From Dehalococcoidia bacterium (lineage in GTDB: Bacteria > Chloroflexota > Dehalococcoidia > Dehalococcoidales > JAUXAP01): a DNA stretch of 64,000 nt. The notes beneath the pieces were generated by a model, which was not told the DNA's origin, did no database searches, and was given only the letters and a program-made list of their open reading frames with translations. A program made the position numbers and the translations under genes. The stretch's first letter is position 1; each line of letters opens with the position of its first letter. Positions 58,214 through 64,000 of this stretch are shown here, in pieces. The stretch lies in contig JAUXAP010000002.1 of assembly GCA_030619865.1 (NCBI GenBank), forward strand, positions 707-64,706, written 5' to 3'.

Positions 58214-58816
58214 ATGCCTGCAAAACCCGTGGTTATAAAGTTCTTTGGTCCTGTTATCGAGGTCACAATTAACGCGTTGATGAATGTGATTGACCAGAAG
58301 ATGAAAGAGGGTGTCACTCAATTTATACTTCTTATTTCTTCTCCTGGTGGTAATGTTTTCCACGGCCTCTCAGCTTACAATTATCTGAAAGGCTTACCTG
58401 TAACTGTAACCACACATAACTTTGGCAGTGTGGACTCTATCGGGGTTGTCTTATTTTGTGGGGGTGACAAAAGACTCTCGGTTCCTCAAGCAAGGTTCTT
58501 GCTTCATGGTGTAAGTGCTGGTTTCCAAAATATACGCTTGGAAGAGAAGCAACTTGAGGAGAGATTGAAAGGGCTGAGGATCGACATAGAGAATATTGCT
58601 AAGGTCATAGCTGCGAATACCGGTAAGAGTGTCCAAGATGTTACAAGCGCCATGCTTGAAAGAACAACGCTAAACCCTGATGAAGCGAAGGAGTGGGGTT
58701 TAGTTCATGAGATCAAGTCTGCACTTTTTGAAGCGGATTCTGAAGTTGTATCGATACAATATCAACAACCTCAGCAGGTAAGAGCTGCGGCTATGGATGA
58801 GAATTTAAATGAATAA
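58214..58816 (+). CDS. divergent ClpP-like protease
   Basis: SSPGG, DSIG, FLLH, EAKEWGLV. Confidence 0.78.
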   Translation: MPAKPVVIKFFGPVIEVTINALMNVIDQKMKEGVTQFILLISSPGGNVFHGLSAYNYLKGLPVTVTTHNFGSVDSIGVVLFCGGDKRLSVPQARFLLHGVSAGFQNIRLEEKQLEERLKGLRIDIENIAKVIAANTGKSVQDVTSAMLERTTLNPDEAKEWGLVHEIKSALFEADSEVVSIQYQQPQQVRAAAMDENLNE

Positions 58817-60284
58817 GTCAGTTAGAGTGCGCTATGCACCCAGCCCCACTGGCTATCCCCATGTGGGCAATATCAGGACGGCTCTGTTTAACTGGCTGTT
58901 TGCCCGGCACTACGGGGGCAGTTTTATTGTCCGCATTGAGGATACCGATGTTACCCGTAAGGTTGAGGGAGCAATAAAGGCTATCCTTGATGGTCTCCGC
59001 TGGCTGGGGTTAGATTGGGATGAGGGACCTGAGGTGGGGGGTAAATATGGCCCTTATTTTCAGTCGCAGCGCTTGGAAAAATACCATGAGGTAGCTCAGC
59101 GGTTGATTGCACAGGATAATGCCTATTATTGCTATTGCTCTACTCAGCGTCTGGAGGAAATGCGGGCGGAGCAGGTGCAACGTAAGCAGCCACCAGGCTA
59201 CGACCGGCGCTGTCGTAACTTAAGTCAGGAAGAGCGGGCTAAGAAAGAAGCCGAGGACATCACACCGGTAGTTCGTTTTAAGACACCGCTTGAGGGGCAG
59301 ACCAGATTCAATGATTTAATCCGGGATGATGTAGCCTTTGAGAATAGTAATATTGACGATTTCGTGTTGCTTAAGTCGGATGGCTACCCCACCTATCATC
59401 TGGCTAATATAATTGACGACCACTTGATGGAGATAAGCCATGTCTTGAGGGCTGAGGAGTGGCTATCCAGCACTCCCCGTCACCTGCTTATGTACCGGGC
59501 TCTGGGGTTTGAGCCACCAAAGTTCGCTCACCTGCCGATGATACTGGCTCCTGGCCGTGCCAAATTAAGCAAACGGCACGGGGCAATGTCTATAACTGAG
59601 TATTATGAGCAGGGCTATCTACCTGAGGCGATGGTGAATTTTCTGGCTCTGCTTGGTTGGTCTTTAGACGATAAAACTGAGATTCTAACTCGGCAGGAGC
59701 TGATAGGCAACTTCTCTTTGGAACGAATTAGCCGAACGGCGGCTCTATTTAATCAGGATAAGCTGGACTGGATGAACGGGGTATATATTCGTAGCCTGAC
59801 CGCTGATGAATTTTTTACTGCTGTAGAACCCTATCTGATGAAGGACGAACTCGCTGGGAAGGCGCTAATATCAAGCGAAAAGTATGTGAAGGATATTCTG
59901 CCTCTTATCCAGGAGCGAGCCAGAACTCTGGTTGAAGTGGCTGAGCTGGCTCAGTTCTTCTTTGTTGAGGAGCTTGCCTACGATTCTACCCTGCTGATAG
60001 GCAAGAATATGAGTCGGGAGTCAGCCACGCGGGCATTGGAAGTAAGCCAACAGAGGCTTGGACAGTTAGAGGCGTTTGATGCTGAATCTCTGGAGGTGGT
60101 GCTCAGACCTCTGGCGGTAGAATTAGGACTAAAGACCGGCCAGCTCTTTGGCACGCTGAGGGTAGCAGTTACCGGACGGACAGCAGCGCCACCGCTATTT
60201 CAAACTATGGCAGTACTGGGTAAAGAGCGGTGCCTGAGGCGAATTGAAGCAGCACTGGATAGGTTGCGTGGATTGTCTTCATAA
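58809..60284 (+). CDS. gltX: glutamate--tRNA ligase
   Basis: APSPTGYPHVGN, RIEDTD, KLSKR. Confidence 0.97.
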   Translation: MNKSVRVRYAPSPTGYPHVGNIRTALFNWLFARHYGGSFIVRIEDTDVTRKVEGAIKAILDGLRWLGLDWDEGPEVGGKYGPYFQSQRLEKYHEVAQRLIAQDNAYYCYCSTQRLEEMRAEQVQRKQPPGYDRRCRNLSQEERAKKEAEDITPVVRFKTPLEGQTRFNDLIRDDVAFENSNIDDFVLLKSDGYPTYHLANIIDDHLMEISHVLRAEEWLSSTPRHLLMYRALGFEPPKFAHLPMILAPGRAKLSKRHGAMSITEYYEQGYLPEAMVNFLALLGWSLDDKTEILTRQELIGNFSLERISRTAALFNQDKLDWMNGVYIRSLTADEFFTAVEPYLMKDELAGKALISSEKYVKDILPLIQERARTLVEVAELAQFFFVEELAYDSTLLIGKNMSRESATRALEVSQQRLGQLEAFDAESLEVVLRPLAVELGLKTGQLFGTLRVAVTGRTAAPPLFQTMAVLGKERCLRRIEAALDRLRGLSS

Positions 60285-60299
60285 ATTTGCCGGAGGTAT

Positions 60300-61796
60300 G
60301 TGTTCATGAAAAAACCAAGAGTTTTTGTCGCTGAGTTTAAACATGAAACAAACTGTTTCTCCCCCAATAAAGCGGGGATGAAAGAGTATAGGGAACGGCT
60401 CTTAAAAGAGTCTGACGAAATAATTCCTTACTTTATCGGTACCAGAACCGAGATTAGTGGCATGATAGAGGCTTCCGAAGACGAAGGGTTTGAGATAGTT
60501 CCGATAATAGCCGCTTCGGCTACGCCGTCTGGATTAACTACCAAAGAAGTGTTTGACTTTGTCAAAGGTAAAATAGTTCAGGCTATCAATAATACCAAAG
60601 ACGTTGATAGCATACTACTTGCTCTTCACGGAGCAATGGTTTGTGAAGGTATTCCAGATGCGGAGGGGGAACTGATAAAAGCTATTCGGAGCGTAGCCGG
60701 ACCTGGGATGCCGATTGTAGTTACATTAGACCTCCACGGCAATGTAACGGAGACAATGGTGAAAAATGCCAATGTCTTCTTCCCTTATGAGAATTATCCA
60801 CATACTGATGGTTTTGAGCGTGGTTATGAGGCAGGAAAATGTATAGCCAGAATGATACGGCGAGAAATCTCTCCGGTAATGAAATTAAGGCACATTCCAA
60901 TTATAGCCCAGACTATAGAAACAACTAGCGAGCCCCATGTGGGACTGCTCAAGAAAGTTCATAAGTGGGAAGAAAACCCAAAGGTAATTAATGTTGTCGT
61001 GATGCACGGTTTTCCTTTGTCAGACATCCCTGATGTCACAATGTCGGTTATGGCAATTACCGATGGTGATAGTAAGCTGGCTGAGGATATTGTTGATGAC
61101 ATGGCAAAGACAATATGGGAGAAACGGGATAGGTTCCAGAAGAAATATCTTTCTCCTGAGGAGGCGGTTAGAGAGGCTATGGAGTTTCCGTCTGGGCCGG
61201 TTATTATTGCCGATGCTGCGGATAATCCTGGGGGAGGCGGCACCGGTGATTCTACCTTTATTTTAAGAGCCTTGATAAAGGCGGGGGCTAAAAACGTAGG
61301 TTTGGCTTTTATTCCTGACCCAGAATCAGTACACCAGGCGATAAAGGCTGGGATTGGCTCTAAAGTTAAGTTGAGTTTAGGTGGAAAACTGGGGCCAAAG
61401 GAAGTAACCGGCGGACCGTTGGAAATTGTAGCTACGGTAAAAACTATCGCCGATGGGCAGTTTTTCAACAAAGGTCCTATGATGAAAGGTGTATTGAACA
61501 ATATAGGACGCATGGTGGTTCTTGATGCAGACGGCATTGAAATTGTTGTTGCCGAGCGACGTATACAACCTTACGATGCTGAAATTTTCCGTCGGGTGGG
61601 CATCGAACCCACCGGGAAGAAGATAATAGTCCTGAAATCAGCCATACATTATAAGGCTAGCTTTGGGCCAATGGCGAAGAAAATTCTGGACGTTGATACT
61701 CCTGCGTATCATTCATTTAATTTTTGGTCTTTGAATTTTAAAAATATAGCACGCCCGGTTTACCCTCTAGACAAGGATTTTGAGTACGTAATTTAA
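60300..61796 (+). CDS. M81/MlrC family metallopeptidase
   Basis: HETNCFS, LHGAM, DLHGN, YPHTD, DNPGGG. Confidence 0.9.
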   Translation: MFMKKPRVFVAEFKHETNCFSPNKAGMKEYRERLLKESDEIIPYFIGTRTEISGMIEASEDEGFEIVPIIAASATPSGLTTKEVFDFVKGKIVQAINNTKDVDSILLALHGAMVCEGIPDAEGELIKAIRSVAGPGMPIVVTLDLHGNVTETMVKNANVFFPYENYPHTDGFERGYEAGKCIARMIRREISPVMKLRHIPIIAQTIETTSEPHVGLLKKVHKWEENPKVINVVVMHGFPLSDIPDVTMSVMAITDGDSKLAEDIVDDMAKTIWEKRDRFQKKYLSPEEAVREAMEFPSGPVIIADAADNPGGGGTGDSTFILRALIKAGAKNVGLAFIPDPESVHQAIKAGIGSKVKLSLGGKLGPKEVTGGPLEIVATVKTIADGQFFNKGPMMKGVLNNIGRMVVLDADGIEIVVAERRIQPYDAEIFRRVGIEPTGKKIIVLKSAIHYKASFGPMAKKILDVDTPAYHSFNFWSLNFKNIARPVYPLDKDFEYVI

Positions 61797-62791
61797 CACT
61801 GGCACATTGTGACGGCAAGTTTGATGGCTTCAATCAGGCTCCGTGGGTTGGCAGTACCTTTTCCCGCCTTGCCAAAGACGGTTCCATGGTCCACTGAAGT
61901 CCTGATAATCGGCAGACCGAGGGTTACATTTACCCCTTTATCGAAGCCGACCATCTTCATTGGTATATGACCCTGGTCATGGTACATGGCGATAGCAGCA
62001 TCAAACTCTCCACGTGAAGCCCGGAGAAACGCTGTGTCCGGTGGTAGTGGGCCTCTCACATTTAGTCCCAATTGTTTGGCTGCCTCTATCGCTGGCAATA
62101 TCTGTTCTTTCTCCTCATTGCCGAATAATCCACTTTCACCAGCATGGGGGTTAAGCCCGGCTACAACCAAACGCGGCTCAGCTACCCCCATCCGTTTTAC
62201 TGCTTCATTAGTTAGTTTCAATACACGTAGGATTCTGCCCTTGGTTATCAAATCGCACGCCTGCCGTAGTGAAACATGGGTGGTGACATGGGCTATCCGC
62301 AAATCCCCTGCCACCAGTATCATGACCACATCGCTTACATCGCACAGGTGAGCCAGAATTTCGGTATGACCGGAATAGGCATACCCTGCCTTATTTAACG
62401 CTTCCTTATTAAGTGGAGCGGTAACTATGGCATCTATCTCCTTCTCTAAAGCTAACTTGGTAGCCGTTTCAACGTAGGCGAAGGCTGCTTTTCCTCCCAT
62501 CGGGTCTACTCGCCCCCGCACCAGTGTCTCCATATTCACATTCTTCAGGTCAATTACTTCAATCACACCATCAGTAAATTGGGCTTCGCTTACATTCTTA
62601 ATAGCTCTGATTTGTACCGGCATTTTCACTATCTCGACTGCAGCGCGCATTGCGGCAGCATCGCCAACAACTACAGCCCTGCACAGACCTTTAATTTCGG
62701 CAGAGCACAACGCCTTAACTGTAATCTCAGGTCCGGCGCCGGTTGGATCGCCCATTGTTATGCCGAGCACAGGCTTCTTTTTTTGTTCCAC
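61793..62791 (-). CDS. pdxA: PdxA2-type four-carbon acid-sugar phosphate dehydrogenase
   Basis: TMGDP.GAGPE, GHTE, NPHAGE, MYHDQGH, RTSVDHGT; downstream of DUF1537-type kinase. Confidence 0.88.
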   Translation of the reverse strand: MEQKKKPVLGITMGDPTGAGPEITVKALCSAEIKGLCRAVVVGDAAAMRAAVEIVKMPVQIRAIKNVSEAQFTDGVIEVIDLKNVNMETLVRGRVDPMGGKAAFAYVETATKLALEKEIDAIVTAPLNKEALNKAGYAYSGHTEILAHLCDVSDVVMILVAGDLRIAHVTTHVSLRQACDLITKGRILRVLKLTNEAVKRMGVAEPRLVVAGLNPHAGESGLFGNEEKEQILPAIEAAKQLGLNVRGPLPPDTAFLRASRGEFDAAIAMYHDQGHIPMKMVGFDKGVNVTLGLPIIRTSVDHGTVFGKAGKGTANPRSLIEAIKLAVTMCQC

Positions 62792-64000
62792 CTTTCGTTC
62801 CTTTCTAAGTAGTAAATTGCATCAACTATCGCTTCGTCACTGCCAAATCCTCCGGCTTTAGTAACAATCCTCAACCCTTCCTTTACGCCTCCTATTACCT
62901 CCCCCACAACGACGCCTGGTTCAAGTTCCTTTAAGATTCTTGCTCCGGTCGCTTCCAGGGTTTCGCATGTCTCCTTGGCAACATCCCCTCCAGTTAGGAT
63001 AAGACCAGCCACATCCCACCGCAGTATGGCTCTGACCGCTATCCTCGCCAGGACCCTGAGAGTAAGTTCCTTTAAAGCTGGCACATGCTGACTCAGGGTT
63101 GAGGTGATGATAACACTCTTCCCAGAATCTATGTGATTACCGACTTCCTTAGCCATCTGGTTTATCTTGCTTTGCCTACCTTTTCTGGGAACAAACTGGC
63201 CTGGTTCAACTGAGGTTAAGGGAAGATGCAAGCAGGTTTCAGCCATCTTTACCTGTCTAGCGGTAGCTTCATGGCGACTCCCGACCACTACTAATACTGG
63301 CTTTTTACTTGTCATTGGCTTATCTGGTTTTGCCTCGCTTGGCCTATAACCAAAGGCACAGGGTAGTTCCATAGCTAGTCCAGCGGAGCCGCAAGGTAAC
63401 CAGGAGCTACCACCTATGGCTAAAGCCTCAGCGATATACCTGAGGTGGACTTGTTCTACAGCGTCAGTCACTATCACTTTGTGCTTGCTATTCACTATCT
63501 GCTGGCTAATGTATGATGCGCCCCTTTTTACATCATCCAGGCTTATACTTTCTGCCTGAAGGTTGGCTTGCTTGTGCAACAACGTGGGTATGTGAGACTC
63601 TGTGACCGGGAAAACAGGGTCTCTGGCAAAAGGAGTCCTGTCTACAGGTACGTTTCCAACCAGAAGTTTGCCATCAACTACGGTGCGCTTATTGGCGGGA
63701 AAAGCCGGAGATACTACTGCCTTTTCTACGCCTAACGCATCCATTACCGCTTTAAGTTCTTGGCCAATGTTCCCCCGAAGGGTAGAATCAATCTTCTTAT
63801 AGACATATCGCCCGGCAAGTTTACGGGCTTTCCCTTTCACCTTTCTGTAAGCTGTCTCGGGGTCATCGACCCTACTATCGGTGCTGAGCACCACCACGGT
63901 AGACTCTGGGGTTGGTCTACTGCCAAAGATGATAATAGTATCTAGCCCCATCTTGGCAAAACCCACTCCTGTATCCATTGCCCCGGTAAGGTCATCGGCA
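62758..64000 (-). CDS. four-carbon acid sugar kinase (DUF1537 family), 5' end outside window
   Basis: ADDLTGAMDTG, YKKIDSTLRGN, GSAGLA, TGGD, TKAGGFG. Confidence 0.9.
   Translation of the reverse strand, partial: ADDLTGAMDTGVGFAKMGLDTIIIFGSRPTPESTVVVLSTDSRVDDPETAYRKVKGKARKLAGRYVYKKIDSTLRGNIGQELKAVMDALGVEKAVVSPAFPANKRTVVDGKLLVGNVPVDRTPFARDPVFPVTESHIPTLLHKQANLQAESISLDDVKRGASYISQQIVNSKHKVIVTDAVEQVHLRYIAEALAIGGSSWLPCGSAGLAMELPCAFGYRPSEAKPDKPMTSKKPVLVVVGSRHEATARQVKMAETCLHLPLTSVEPGQFVPRKGRQSKINQMAKEVGNHIDSGKSVIITSTLSQHVPALKELTLRVLARIAVRAILRWDVAGLILTGGDVAKETCETLEATGARILKELEPGVVVGEVIGGVKEGLRIVTKAGGFGSDEAIVDAIYYLERNERWNKKRSLCSA

Noticed and set aside
60959-61537. Long antisense ORFs here and at 8060..8614 and 53271..53807
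   Set aside because: Codon-mirror shadows of well-supported genes on the other strand

Overview
Bacterial chromosomal window whose gene content and style (GAAC-N4-GTTC LexA box, Chloroflexi-type anti-sigma N-terminus, pyrF-DUF951-dinB linkage) suggest an anaerobic Chloroflexota/Dehalococcoidia-like organism (inference). Cofactor and metal metabolism dominate: panG-like/panB/panC behind a pan RNA motif, btuF behind a cobalamin riboswitch, nadABC, a Fur-family regulator with cbiMNQO, tupABC-moaA-moaC-MOSC behind a Moco/Wco riboswitch, moaB-moeA, folC, pyrF, pyrD, lexA/dinB, miaB, gltX, two normal tRNAs and several catabolic modules (kduD-etfBA-FAD oxidoreductase, MlrC, four-carbon acid-sugar kinase-pdxA2). 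No CRISPR array, transposase, integrase or prophage gene was seen. Best novelty candidates: (1) an ECF sigma / membrane anti-sigma / lipoprotein module in which the anti-sigma's external domain is a close paralog of the DUF4382-like domain of the lipoprotein, with the same CCTGACAA-N14-CGTTAT motif upstream of the sigma and lipoprotein genes; (2) a pdxA-thrB-orphan TIM-barrel operon; (3) a tRNA-Thr-like gene with an ATG anticodon; (4) two small ORFs below the ORF-track cutoff; (5) apparent ATA/ATC start codons and an in-frame amber codon in an acyl-CoA ligase. All family assignments come from motif recognition by eye, with no database searches.
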